A model generated the notes under the pieces. That model saw only the letters and a list, made by a program, of their open reading frames with translations. It searched no databases and was not told the origin of the DNA. A stretch of 50,350 nucleotides of DNA from NCBI GenBank assembly GCA_045542375.1, contig JAZQKW010000057.1:1-50350 (forward strand), written 5' to 3'. A program made the translations under genes and the position numbers. The DNA is from Butyrivibrio sp. (lineage in GTDB: Bacteria > Bacillota > Clostridia > Lachnospirales > Lachnospiraceae). Shown piece by piece: positions 19,085-28,450 of this stretch; position 1 is the first letter of the stretch; each line of letters starts with the position of its first letter.

Positions 19085-20869
19085 TAACTCTTCCATTTCA
19101 CGTATCAGTGAAGCGAATAATTCAAGGGCAGTTTCAACGGGCTTAGGGCTTGCCATATCAACCCCTGCATCCTTTAGAAGTGATACAGGATCTTTGAGGC
19201 AACCGGAGCGTAGGAAGTTAAGGTATGCATCAACTGCCGGCTGACCTTCATTAAGAATCTTGGTTGAGAGGGCAATTGCGGCACTGAAACCGGTTGCATA
19301 TTGGTATACATAATAATTGTAGTAAAAATGTGGTATTCTTGCCCATTCGAGTGCTATTTCATTATCTACAACCATATCAGGTCCGAAATAATCTTTGTTA
19401 AGCTTCAGATATTCGTCACATAAAAGCTCGGCTGTCAGTGTTTCACCCTCAGCCACAAGCTCATTAATTCTTAATTCAAATTCTGCAAACATTGTCTGTC
19501 TGTATAATGTTCCCTTGAATTGCTCAAGAAAATAGTTGATTAAGGCTGCACGTTCTTTGGAATCCGTTGTCTTTTTGAGAAGATATTGCATAAGCAGTGC
19601 TTCGTTACAGGTTGAGGCAACCTCAGCAACGAAAATAACGTATTGTGAATAAATAGGTGCCTGCGTTGTATTGGAAAAATATGAGTGTAAGGCATGTCCC
19701 ATCTCGTGTGCAAGTGTAAATTCACTGTCAAGATTGTTTTTGTAGTTAAGCAATACATACGGATGCACGTAAGAACCTGCGGAATATGCACCACTTCTTT
19801 TTCCTACATTTTCATATACATCAATCCATCGGTTACTAAAACCCTCCTTGAGAATTGATACATATTCATCTCCATATACGCTCATAGCCTTCAGTAAGTC
19901 ATCTACTGCTTCCTTATATGGTATTTTTCTGTCTGATGCTGCTGTTAATGGAGCATAGATATCATACATATGGATTTCTTCCAGACCTAAAGCCTTCTTT
20001 CTAAGTCTGACATAATCGTGCATATGGTGCAGATTGTTCCGCACCGTTTTTATCAGATTATGGTATACTGTGCAGTCCACGTTGTTGTCCATAAGTGATG
20101 CTTCCAAAGTTGAATTGTATTTTTGTGCATTAGCATAGAAGGAAAGCATCTTCATATGTCCCTGAAGTGTTGATGCAAAAGTATTTTTGAACGAGTGGTA
20201 GGTTCTGTAATAAGATTCAAAAGCAGCCTTACGAACACGGCGGTCCTTATTCTGCATAAGTGGGATAAGGGATGCCTGCGTAAGAGAGTATTTCTCATTA
20301 TCTATAGTAAAGGCTTCGAAATTAATATCCGCATTGGACAAAAGTGTAAATGTGTTGTGAGAACTGTCAGCCATTTCTCCTACCATTGCAAGAAGTTGTT
20401 CACCTTCTTCGTCAAGGGTGTGCTCGGATAACCTTAAAGCTTCGTCTATTGCCTTGCGGTAAAATTCAAGAGAAGGAACCTCTTTATAAAAAGTCTCTAA
20501 TGTATCAGGGGCAATTGACATAAGGTTAGGTACCTCAAATGCGGTTAAACTCTGCATAAGAACGTAGGCGTCATTAACCTTTGATTTGAAATTCTGATAG
20601 GTTGAATTAGTTGTATCCTCATCATTCTTAAGCATGGCATAGTGAATGAGCCTGTCGCCTAATGGTATCAGTTCATTCTTCAAAGTAAAGTATTCATACA
20701 GCTTGGTACTGTCAGTTGCAATTACGCCTCTGTATTCAGAAAGCACGGATATTTTGCTCTTAAATTCCTCGAGTTCTGCAAGAAATGCCTCATCATTAGG
20801 GTATAAATCTTCGGTTGCCCAGGTATCTTCTACAGGGACCTCGGCACGGGTTGGAATTGTAGTACTCAT
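19079..20869 (-). CDS. pepF: Oligoendopeptidase F (M3B)
   Basis: TLAHEMGHALHS zinc motif, GKRSGAYS, AEVAST, WARIPHFY. Confidence 0.95.
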   Translation of the reverse strand: MSTTIPTRAEVPVEDTWATEDLYPNDEAFLAELEEFKSKISVLSEYRGVIATDSTKLYEYFTLKNELIPLGDRLIHYAMLKNDEDTTNSTYQNFKSKVNDAYVLMQSLTAFEVPNLMSIAPDTLETFYKEVPSLEFYRKAIDEALRLSEHTLDEEGEQLLAMVGEMADSSHNTFTLLSNADINFEAFTIDNEKYSLTQASLIPLMQNKDRRVRKAAFESYYRTYHSFKNTFASTLQGHMKMLSFYANAQKYNSTLEASLMDNNVDCTVYHNLIKTVRNNLHHMHDYVRLRKKALGLEEIHMYDIYAPLTAASDRKIPYKEAVDDLLKAMSVYGDEYVSILKEGFSNRWIDVYENVGKRSGAYSAGSYVHPYVLLNYKNNLDSEFTLAHEMGHALHSYFSNTTQAPIYSQYVIFVAEVASTCNEALLMQYLLKKTTDSKERAALINYFLEQFKGTLYRQTMFAEFELRINELVAEGETLTAELLCDEYLKLNKDYFGPDMVVDNEIALEWARIPHFYYNYYVYQYATGFSAAIALSTKILNEGQPAVDAYLNFLRSGCLKDPVSLLKDAGVDMASPKPVETALELFASLIREMEELL

Positions 20870-20920
20870 ATTAACCTCCGATAATGTATTTATATGATAT
20901 TATATACCAATTTTCCTAAT

Positions 20921-21008
20921 AAAAAAAGGAGGACCTGGCAGGAACTGTATCCCGCCAGGCTTATGAAAAAAGAAAAAGAATTTCTAAAAACCCTTTACTT
21001 ATTAAGTT
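20921..21008 (-). ncRNA. Candidate ~90-nt small RNA (or pepF leader)
   Basis: Minus-strand TATACT -10 (21015-21020); hairpin CCTGGCGGGA/TCCTGCCAGG fully paired only on the minus strand (G-U); ends UCCUCCUUUUUUU. Confidence 0.45.
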
Positions 21009-21091
21009 AATTTAAGTATAGTATTGATTTGTAGATAAACTATGATGAAAAAATTAATAATTTGTAAACAAGTTTAATGGGTTTTTGAGAT

Positions 21092-21709
21092 ATGAACAGA
21101 CGTAACTATCAGTTAGAACTGGACAAAATAATAAGTATAGCAGAAGAGGAGGGACGGTGTCCAAGTCTCCTTTTACACAGTTGTTGTGCGCCCTGCAGCA
21201 GTTATGTCTTGAAATATCTGTCAGAATATTTTAAAATAACCCTGTTGTATTTTAATCCTAACATTTCTCCGGAATCGGAATATATGAAGCGTGTAGCCGA
21301 ACAGAAGCGTCTTATAGAAAGTATGCCGTTTAAGAATAAGGTAGAATTCGTTGAAGGGCGATATGAGCCGAGAGAATTTTATGATGCGGTAAAGGGCTAT
21401 GAAGAGGAGCCGGAAGGGGGCAGAAGGTGCCATATCTGTTATGAGATGCGCCTCAGAGAAGCAGCGGAATATGCCAAGAAGGGTGGATATGATTATTTCA
21501 CAACCACATTATCTATAAGTCCTCTTAAGAAATCGGATGTACTTAATGAAATCGGAGAACGTGTGGGAATTGAGTATGGAATTGCACACCTTCCTTCGGA
21601 TTTTAAGAAAAGGAACGGATATAAGCAATCCATAGAACTGTCGAAGGAGTATGATTTGTACAGACAGAGTTTTTGTGGTTGCGTTTTTTCAAAAAGGCAG
21701 GTAGAATAG
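21092..21709 (+). CDS. queH: Epoxyqueuosine reductase QueH
   Basis: LLHSCCAPCS, NPNI, RCHICYEMRL, YRQSFCGCVFS motifs. Confidence 0.92.
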   Translation: MNRRNYQLELDKIISIAEEEGRCPSLLLHSCCAPCSSYVLKYLSEYFKITLLYFNPNISPESEYMKRVAEQKRLIESMPFKNKVEFVEGRYEPREFYDAVKGYEEEPEGGRRCHICYEMRLREAAEYAKKGGYDYFTTTLSISPLKKSDVLNEIGERVGIEYGIAHLPSDFKKRNGYKQSIELSKEYDLYRQSFCGCVFSKRQVE

Positions 21710-21712
21710 ACG

Positions 21713-22126
21713 ATGGAAGAACTTAGAAGACAAGTTAAATATTACGAGACAGACAAGATGGGTGTTGTTCATCATTCTAATTACATTAGATGGTTTGAAG
21801 AGGCCAGAGTAGAGTTTATGAGAGATATAGGAATCTCTTATAAGGCTATGGAAGATGAAGGCGTTCAGGTGCCGGTAGTGTCGGTGTCATGCAAGTATCG
21901 TTCACCGGCCACTTTTGATGATATTGTTATTGTGAAGACACATATTCAGAAGTTTAACGGAATAGTAATTGAACTTGCTTATGAAGTAATAGATGAACAG
22001 ACAGGTGTAATCAGGGTAACAGGTGAAAGCTCACATTGTTTTGTGGATGCTAAGACTTTTAAACCTATGAATCTTAAAAGAGAGAGACCTGATATTTATG
22101 ATAATTTCATAAAAGCAACCGAATAG
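21713..22126 (+). CDS. Acyl-CoA thioesterase (YbgC/4HBT hotdog family)
   Basis: YYETDKMGVVHHSNYIRWFEEAR. Confidence 0.9.
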   Translation: MEELRRQVKYYETDKMGVVHHSNYIRWFEEARVEFMRDIGISYKAMEDEGVQVPVVSVSCKYRSPATFDDIVIVKTHIQKFNGIVIELAYEVIDEQTGVIRVTGESSHCFVDAKTFKPMNLKRERPDIYDNFIKATE

Positions 22127-22132
22127 GTTTTG

Positions 22133-22206
22133 CGGGGTGTGGCTCAGCTTGGTAGAGCGCTTGGTTCGGGACTAAGAGGTCGCGCGTTCGAATCGCGTCA
22201 CCCCGA
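22133..22206 (+). tRNA. tRNA-Pro(CGG), CCA end not encoded
   Basis: Acceptor CGGGGTG/CACCCCG, anticodon loop TTCGGGA, GTTCGAATC T-loop, A73. Confidence 0.95.
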
Positions 22207-22212
22207 TTGTGG

Positions 22213-22240
22213 AAGCACTGATTAACAGTCAGTGCTTTTT
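22213..22240 (+). terminator. Intrinsic terminator after tRNA-Pro
   Basis: AAGCACTGA-N7-TCAGTGCTT followed by TTT. Confidence 0.8.
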
Positions 22241-22264
22241 GTATTAAATTAATGTGGAGGTAGG

Positions 22265-22984
22265 ATGATTATGAAAAAGAAAATATTGATAGGGATAGGG
22301 GTGTTTTTTGCTTTATGCATTACTGCTTTTTTGATATATGTTAATATATATAGCCATGCAACGGCTAAGGCTGAGGAATATCTTGAAGATTCTTCAACAG
22401 TTAAGGTAGAAGCAGTGAAAACAGGGTATTTTTTTGATGGCCCGGGTGATGAGTCGGCTTTTGTGTTTTATCCTGGTGGAAAAGTTGAACATACGGCGTA
22501 TGCGCCTATTATGCATATGCTTGCAGAAAAAGGCGTGGACTGTTTTTTAGTTAAAATGCCATTCAGACTTGCAGTGTTTGGGATGAACAAGGCAGGCAAA
22601 ATACTTGAAAATTATGATTATGAGAACTGGTATATAGGCGGGCATTCTCTCGGTGGTGCTATGGCATCTGCCCATGCTTCAAAGAATCATAACGATTTTG
22701 ATGGCGTCATTTTACTTGGAGCCTACTCAACCAAAATACTGGACTATGAGAATATGAGAGTACTGTCCGTATACGGAAGTAATGATAAGGTGCTTAATAC
22801 AGAGAATTACAGAGTATACACAAGTAATCTTCCGACGGGTTTTACGGAGGTGGTTATTGATGGTGGAAATCATGCAGGGTTTGGTGATTATGGGCAACAA
22901 AAAGGAGATGGCAATGCTACCATCTCACACGAAGAACAGTGGAATATAACAGTAAATGCTATAGTTGAGTTTATAAATCAGTAA
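22265..22984 (+). CDS. Membrane-anchored alpha/beta hydrolase
   Basis: N-terminal TM; YPGGKV, GHSLGG nucleophile elbow, GSND, GGNHAGFGDYG. Confidence 0.9.
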   Translation: MIMKKKILIGIGVFFALCITAFLIYVNIYSHATAKAEEYLEDSSTVKVEAVKTGYFFDGPGDESAFVFYPGGKVEHTAYAPIMHMLAEKGVDCFLVKMPFRLAVFGMNKAGKILENYDYENWYIGGHSLGGAMASAHASKNHNDFDGVILLGAYSTKILDYENMRVLSVYGSNDKVLNTENYRVYTSNLPTGFTEVVIDGGNHAGFGDYGQQKGDGNATISHEEQWNITVNAIVEFINQ

Positions 22985-23204
22985 TGAAAAATTTGTATGC
23001 AGGAACATCCAATTCCTTGGAAATGTTGAAAATAAGGTCCAGAGAAATGGATGTGTTCATGTTAGGTGCCTCTATATTGCTGATGTGGGTTCGGCTTATA
23101 TTGACTCTGTCAGCTAATTGCATCTGGGTTAAACCTCTAAGCTTGCGATAGAGGGCAATATTTAATCCTATTCTTTTGTATTCTTCGGAAAAATCGTTTT
23201 GCAT
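22971..23204 (-). CDS. XRE family HTH transcriptional regulator
   Basis: IGLNIALYRKLRGLTQMQLADRVNISRTHISNIE; AAGGAAGGTG RBS upstream on the minus strand. Confidence 0.88.
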   Translation of the reverse strand: MQNDFSEEYKRIGLNIALYRKLRGLTQMQLADRVNISRTHISNIEAPNMNTSISLDLIFNISKELDVPAYKFFITDL

Positions 23205-23429
23205 AAGGACACCTTCCTTTCTAAAGAAAGTCTACATTGAATTTAATAATGCGTAAACAATACTGGTAATTGCTATTGCAAAGAAAGTATTTGCACTACT
23301 TTACTAATCAAAGGTTCCAATAATCTTACTTTACAATGGGCACATCTTATGGTATATTTAAAGTGTAAGATAAGGTTTTTGTACGGATTTTTAACATGGA
23401 AGTTGTTTTTATGGCAAAGGAGTGGTAAT

Positions 23430-24221
23430 ATGTCAGGATTCTTTACTAAGAATAGTATGGTCGCATCATTGTTTAATAATACGACATCAGCTAATTATGG
23501 AATATATAATAGTCTTTCTGAGTATAACAATATTCGTTCAGGCAATTATTATAAGCTTACTAAGAAGTATTACAGTGGAGACATTGATACTGGAGAGGTG
23601 AACTCTAAGAGAGTTAACAGAACAGAGTATGATTATAAGAATGGAGACTATAAGGTTAATCTTCTTGAGAAGGAAGAGAATAAGGTGTCTTCTTCTACAT
23701 CAACTTCGAAGACTGAGGCAGAGGCAATTGCCAATGTTCAGAAGGGTTCTAAGAATATGAAGGCTGTAGCTGAGGATTTATATACTAAGGGTAAGGATTC
23801 TCTTTTTAAAGAGGATGATTACGATAAGAATGAAGTATATGAAGCAGTAAGCAGCTTTGTAAAGGGCTACAATGATTTGGTTACAACAGCCGGTAAGACT
23901 GATTCCAAGACAATTGCTAATTCTGTGGATTCTATGACTAATATTACCAAGGCTAATGAAAAGGCTCTTGCAGAAATTGGAATTAAGATAACTGATGATA
24001 ATAAGCTTACAATTGATCCGGTTGCTTTTAAGAATGCCAATACTGATAATGTAAGAACATTATTTAATGGTAACGGAAGTTATGGATATCAGGTTGGCGT
24101 AAGTGCTACGATGATTGACTTTGCAGCTCAGAATGAAGCACTTAAGGCTAATACATATACAGGGTTCGGAACATTTTCGTATAACTACAATTCAGGAAGT
24201 ATGTTCAATTACGGATTATAA
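23430..24221 (+). CDS. Protein with FliD C-terminal-like segment, function unknown
   Basis: AAAGGAG RBS favours ATG 23430; VSSFVKGYNDLV...LAEIGIKITDDNKLTID...VRTLFNG resembles the flagellar cap FliD_C pattern. Confidence 0.55.
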   Translation: MSGFFTKNSMVASLFNNTTSANYGIYNSLSEYNNIRSGNYYKLTKKYYSGDIDTGEVNSKRVNRTEYDYKNGDYKVNLLEKEENKVSSSTSTSKTEAEAIANVQKGSKNMKAVAEDLYTKGKDSLFKEDDYDKNEVYEAVSSFVKGYNDLVTTAGKTDSKTIANSVDSMTNITKANEKALAEIGIKITDDNKLTIDPVAFKNANTDNVRTLFNGNGSYGYQVGVSATMIDFAAQNEALKANTYTGFGTFSYNYNSGSMFNYGL

Positions 24222-24234
24222 TTGCAATACATAG

Positions 24235-24270
24235 GATGTAACAGTTTAACGACTGTTACATCTTTTTTTT
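24235..24270 (+). terminator. Intrinsic terminator
   Basis: GATGTAACAGT-N6-ACTGTTACATC followed by T8. Confidence 0.85.
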
Positions 24271-24355
24271 GTTGTGAAAATTGTATAAAAATATTGAAAA
24301 GTAAAAAGACTTAGTATAATATATTTTTTGAAATAAATTTGAAAGGAAGTAGCGT

Positions 24356-25336
24356 ATGAGAATTGGAATTTTAGGATACGGCAACCTTGGAAGAGGAATT
24401 GAATGTGCTATTAAGCAGAATAAGGATATGGAGCTTGCAGCTGTTTTTACAAGAAGAAATCCTGCAGATGTTAAGATACTTACAGAAGGCGTTAATATAT
24501 ATTCAGTGGATAATATTTTGGAACATAAGGATGAGATTGATGTGCTTATTCTTTGTGGCGGTAGTGCTACTGATTTGCCTGTTCAGACACCTGAGTATGC
24601 AAAATATTTTAACGTGGTAGACAGTTTTGATACACATGCAAGAATACCGGAGCATTTTGCTAATGTAGATAAGGCAGCTAAGGAAAGCGGACATATTGCT
24701 ATGATTTCCGGAGGCTGGGACCCGGGTATGTTTTCTCTTAACAGATTATACGGAAGTGCTGTTTTGCCTGAAGGAAATGATTACACATTCTGGGGCAAGG
24801 GTGTGAGTCAGGGTCATTCAGATGCAATAAGACGAGTTGAAGGGGTAAAGGATGGCAAGCAGTACACAATCCCTGTTGAAAGTGCTCTTAATGCAGTAAG
24901 AAACAGTGAGAATCCTGAACTTACAACAAGACAGAAGCATATCAGAGAATGCTTTGTTGTGGCAGAGGAAGGCGCTGACCTTAAGAAAATAGAAGAGACT
25001 ATTGTGAATATGCCTAATTATTTTGCAGACTATGATACAACAGTTCACTTTATTACAGAGGAAGAACTGAAGGCTAATCACAGCGGAATTCCTCATGGAG
25101 GCTTTGTGTTCCGTACCGGAGTAACCGGATGGAATAAAGAGAATAACCATGTTATTGAATATAGCCTCAAGCTTGATTCTAATCCGGAATTTACATCTTC
25201 GGTTATTGTTGCTTTTGCAAGAGCGATTGGACGACTTGCTACAGAGGGCGTAACAGGATGTAAGACAGTATTTGATATTGCGCCTGCATATCTCAGTCCT
25301 ATGTCGGGAGAAGAGTTAAGAGCTCATTTGTTATAA
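24356..25336 (+). CDS. ddh: meso-diaminopimelate D-dehydrogenase
   Basis: GYGNLG, DSFDTH, GWDPG, TFWGKGVSQGHSDA, PHGG, SNPEFT. Confidence 0.95.
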   Translation: MRIGILGYGNLGRGIECAIKQNKDMELAAVFTRRNPADVKILTEGVNIYSVDNILEHKDEIDVLILCGGSATDLPVQTPEYAKYFNVVDSFDTHARIPEHFANVDKAAKESGHIAMISGGWDPGMFSLNRLYGSAVLPEGNDYTFWGKGVSQGHSDAIRRVEGVKDGKQYTIPVESALNAVRNSENPELTTRQKHIRECFVVAEEGADLKKIEETIVNMPNYFADYDTTVHFITEEELKANHSGIPHGGFVFRTGVTGWNKENNHVIEYSLKLDSNPEFTSSVIVAFARAIGRLATEGVTGCKTVFDIAPAYLSPMSGEELRAHLL

Positions 25337-25351
25337 GGTGGAGGCTTACGG

Positions 25352-26068
25352 ATGAAGAATAATCTTGTTACAAAAGTTATATACAGGTCAATCTTTTGTA
25401 CAATATCTTTTTTTGCCATACTGTTTATGACCGGTTTTTTCTCAGTGGGAGGACAAGACTACGCAAGTTTTACAGGGGATTTGTTTTATTTTTATACCAA
25501 TCTCAGCAATTTTATGTGCTTTGGCGTAATAATTGCCTGCCTGCGTGATGATGCGAGACAACTTCGTGCCGGAAAATTAAATGGATATAATCGTAACCCA
25601 TATCTTAAGCATCTTAAACATATGACGACAATTATTATTTCCATAACTCTTATTGCTTATGGATTACTGCTTGGTAAACCTAACACAATTAGTTTTTGGA
25701 ATAATATTGGAAATCTGTGTTATCACGTGGCGTGCCCGATATTGTTTATTGCTGACACAATTATGTTTGATGAGCACAAAAGTGTGGGCTATTTGGAGCC
25801 TGTGGTTTCACTTATTTTACCTCTTATATATATTGTTGTGATTGAGATTATAGGAGTAAATACAGGGCGATATCCGTATTTTTTCCTGAATCTGGATGAA
25901 TTGGGTATTGGCGGACTTATGATGTGGATAGGGATTCTTCTGTGTCTGTTTTTGATAATTGGATATTTACTCTTCCTTCATGATAAGTTTGTAAAGGTTG
26001 ATGGAAAGTGGAAAGCGGATTTTTCAGGAACAAGACCGTTTGGAGATTTAACTAAAAAGAAAGAGTAA
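25352..26068 (+). CDS. Pr6Pr/FAR-17a-like integral membrane protein
   Basis: About 6 TM helices; FYTNLSN, conserved His (CYHVACP), YPYFFLN. Confidence 0.75.
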   Translation: MKNNLVTKVIYRSIFCTISFFAILFMTGFFSVGGQDYASFTGDLFYFYTNLSNFMCFGVIIACLRDDARQLRAGKLNGYNRNPYLKHLKHMTTIIISITLIAYGLLLGKPNTISFWNNIGNLCYHVACPILFIADTIMFDEHKSVGYLEPVVSLILPLIYIVVIEIIGVNTGRYPYFFLNLDELGIGGLMMWIGILLCLFLIIGYLLFLHDKFVKVDGKWKADFSGTRPFGDLTKKKE

Positions 26069-26074
26069 TACAAT

Positions 26075-26103
26075 AAAAGGAACATCGGTGAGATGTTCCT
26101 TTT
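26075..26103. terminator. Bidirectional terminator between convergent genes
   Basis: AAAAGGAACATC-GGTGA-GATGTTCCTTTT. Confidence 0.85.
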
Positions 26104-26109
26104 CTGACT

Positions 26110-26856
26110 TTATGAGCGTGCCATACCATCTACGTTAAGTATGTGTCCGGTAATATAACTTGACATATCACTTGCAAGGAATAAAAATGCGTTGGCGATA
26201 TCTTCTGGTTCAGCAATCCTTCGCAATGGAATCTGTTTGATTAAAGGCTCGATTACTTCTTTTGGTACTGCCTGCATCATGTCGGTGTTGGTTATTCCGG
26301 GAGCAACTGCGTTAACTCTTATTCCTTGTGGGCCTAATTCTCGCGCGAGAGAAATTGTCATTCCGTTAAGGGCAAATTTACTTGTAGGGTAGGCAACTCC
26401 TGCCGGCTGACCATATTTGCTGACCATACTGCTGGTATTGATAATATTGCCTCGGTGATTGGCCTGCATATGTTCAACTACGGCTCTCGTGCAGTTGAAA
26501 ACAGCATTAATATTCAGGTCCATAATTTTGTTGAAGCTGTCTGCTGTGTAGGAGGTAAAAGGTTCTGAGGAAGAGCTGCCAGCATTGTTCACAAGTATGT
26601 CAATTCGACCGTGTTTCTTAATGATATCGTCAAATTGAGATTTGACATCGTCATAGTCGGAAAGATTAGGGGCAATGCCCTCTACATTCCAGTCTGGATT
26701 AATGGAATGCAAACTGTCTACCGCTTTGCGTGCATTGTCTTCTCTGGAAGCGCATAGAATAACGGTTGCACCGTTTTCTAAGAATTTTTTTACGATGGCA
26801 TAACCAATTCCTCTGCTGCCACCTGTTACAATAGCTATCTGATTGTCTAATAACAT
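26110..26856 (-). CDS. SDR oxidoreductase, probable bile-acid 3-alpha-hydroxysteroid dehydrogenase (BaiA-like)
   Basis: TGGSRGIG, NNAG, YPTSK; NTSSMVSKYGQPAG.YP.SKFA.NG and C-terminal VDGMARS resemble gut clostridial 3-alpha-HSDHs as recalled. Confidence 0.7.
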   Translation of the reverse strand: MLLDNQIAIVTGGSRGIGYAIVKKFLENGATVILCASREDNARKAVDSLHSINPDWNVEGIAPNLSDYDDVKSQFDDIIKKHGRIDILVNNAGSSSSEPFTSYTADSFNKIMDLNINAVFNCTRAVVEHMQANHRGNIINTSSMVSKYGQPAGVAYPTSKFALNGMTISLARELGPQGIRVNAVAPGITNTDMMQAVPKEVIEPLIKQIPLRRIAEPEDIANAFLFLASDMSSYITGHILNVDGMARS

Positions 26857-26994
26857 AACAAATACCTCCTTCTTATTTCCTAACTGTATATATTATAATA
26901 CTTTTTATGCATAATTAACAGATAATATTGTAAAACAATTGATTTCTATTATATTTTTGTTATACAATAATAAAAAGTAAATTTAGGAGGCATT

Positions 26995-27612
26995 ATGAAT
27001 AATAAGACTTTTTATAATCTCAGTTATGGTGTGTTTATGCTGTCAACAGAGTGGGAAGGTAAGGCTAATGGGTGTATTACCAATACATGTATACAGGTGG
27101 CGTCGGACCCTGTAAGAGTAAGTGTTGCAGTGCTTAATTCTAATTATACCTGTGAACTCATGAAGAAAAGCGGAATATTCAATGTGAGTATTCTTGATAA
27201 GAGATGTAATTTTGAAATAATAAAACATTTTGGATACCAGTCAGGAAGAGATGTTGATAAGTTTAAGGATATGGTATGTCCTGTGGATGACAGGGGAGTG
27301 CCTTATCTGAAATGGGGCGCTTGTGGCGTGCTGTTTTGCAAGGTGGTTGATACGATGGAGTTGGGGACACATACATTGTTTATAGGTGAGGTTATTAACG
27401 CAGAAGTTCTTAGCGATGAGGCACCTATTACTTATGCTGATTACCAGAGAGATATTAAGCCAAAGCCTGAGAAGAAAGAGGAGAGTAGAGAAATAGTAGG
27501 GTGGAGATGTAAAGTGTGTGGCTATGTATATAATGGAGTGGAGTTGGAAGAAGACTTTGCTTGTCCACTATGCGGACACGGCCCTGAGGATTTTGAACCG
27601 ATATATAAATAA
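26995..27612 (+). CDS. Flavin reductase-rubredoxin fusion (high-molecular-weight rubredoxin-like)
   Basis: YNLSYGVF, FGYQSGRDVDKF, GTHTLFIG; C-terminal WRCKVCGYVY...CPLCGH. Confidence 0.9.
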   Translation: MNNKTFYNLSYGVFMLSTEWEGKANGCITNTCIQVASDPVRVSVAVLNSNYTCELMKKSGIFNVSILDKRCNFEIIKHFGYQSGRDVDKFKDMVCPVDDRGVPYLKWGACGVLFCKVVDTMELGTHTLFIGEVINAEVLSDEAPITYADYQRDIKPKPEKKEESREIVGWRCKVCGYVYNGVELEEDFACPLCGHGPEDFEPIYK

Positions 27613-27627
27613 TGGATTTATGAAGAG

Positions 27628-27675
27628 AAGACACCGGATATCATTGATTTTACAATGAATCAGGTGTCTTTTTTT
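27628..27675 (+). terminator. Intrinsic terminator upstream of the large operon
   Basis: AAGACACC..TCATTG..CAATGA..GGTGTCTT followed by T-run. Confidence 0.75.
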
Positions 27676-27739
27676 GTTTTTACAAAAAATGGGTTTGTGT
27701 ATTTGCACTAAATATTGTATAATATAATAGGAAAATTGG

Positions 27740-27773
27740 ATAACTATATCCATTGACTACAATATATAGTTAT
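27740..27773. promoter_or_regulatory. Palindromic candidate operator upstream of operon
   Basis: ATAACTATAT-N14-ATATAGTTAT, downstream of candidate promoter TTGTGT-17-TATAAT (27695-27723). Confidence 0.4.
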
Positions 27774-27784
27774 AGGGTGATAAA

Positions 27785-28435
27785 GTGATTGTATATAACA
27801 GAGAGCAGATGGAACCTTCAGTAACAGGAAGATATCCGAATATTGACTGCCTTTATAATACTATTAAGCGTGAGACAAGAGAGCATATGAAAAGAGTCGG
27901 TGTGTATGCGGAATACCTTTACCGATATTTACTGAAATATTATGAAACAACAGTAAGAAGTCAGGTTCCGGAAGAATTTGACGAGGTGAGTGAAATATTG
28001 TTTACATATCATGATTTGGGGATGACCTATGTGCCGGGCACAATACTTAATAAAGTACAACAGCTCACAGATGAAGAGAAACAGATAATCAAGAATCATA
28101 CATTATATGCCAATGATGCAGTTAAGGCAATTTATAAAAAGAGTATTACGGAAGTACAACAGCAGTGTTTTTTGGATATTGCAATCGGACACCATGAAAG
28201 ATATGACGGAAAGGGATATCCGTATAATCTTTCCGGAAAGGATATTCCTTTTCTTGCAAGAATATGTGCGATTGCTGATACCTTTGACGGAATTACAAGT
28301 TGGAAGCCGTATAAGACGGTGCAGACAGGAAGAGAGAAAGCAACTGAGATTATTATATCTGAGAGAGGCAGACAGTTTGATCCGTTTATAACAGATGTTT
28401 TTGCAAAAATAATACCGGAGCTTCCGGAGGTGTAA
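27785..28435 (+). CDS. Stand-alone HD-GYP domain protein (putative c-di-GMP phosphodiesterase)
   Basis: TREHMKRV, YHDLG, HHERYDGKGYP, ARICAIADTFD; GTG start. Confidence 0.88.
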   Translation: MIVYNREQMEPSVTGRYPNIDCLYNTIKRETREHMKRVGVYAEYLYRYLLKYYETTVRSQVPEEFDEVSEILFTYHDLGMTYVPGTILNKVQQLTDEEKQIIKNHTLYANDAVKAIYKKSITEVQQQCFLDIAIGHHERYDGKGYPYNLSGKDIPFLARICAIADTFDGITSWKPYKTVQTGREKATEIIISERGRQFDPFITDVFAKIIPELPEV

Positions 28436-28450
28436 GGGCAGGATACATAT

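Noticed and set aside
20963-21010. Plus-strand mini-ORF MKKEKEFLKTLYLLS after AAAGGAGGA
   Set aside because: The SD is about 29 nt from the ATG, and the intervening hairpin pairs better on the minus strand; a minus-strand RNA explains it better, though the ORF is not fully excluded.
11479-22206. tRNA-Trp and tRNA-Pro as island integration sites
   Set aside because: No integrase in the window and no duplicated tRNA 3' end noticed by eye; flanking genes are ordinary.
27676-27784. c-di-GMP riboswitch upstream of the HD-GYP operon
   Set aside because: The region is short and AT-rich, with no recognisable class I or II aptamer features.
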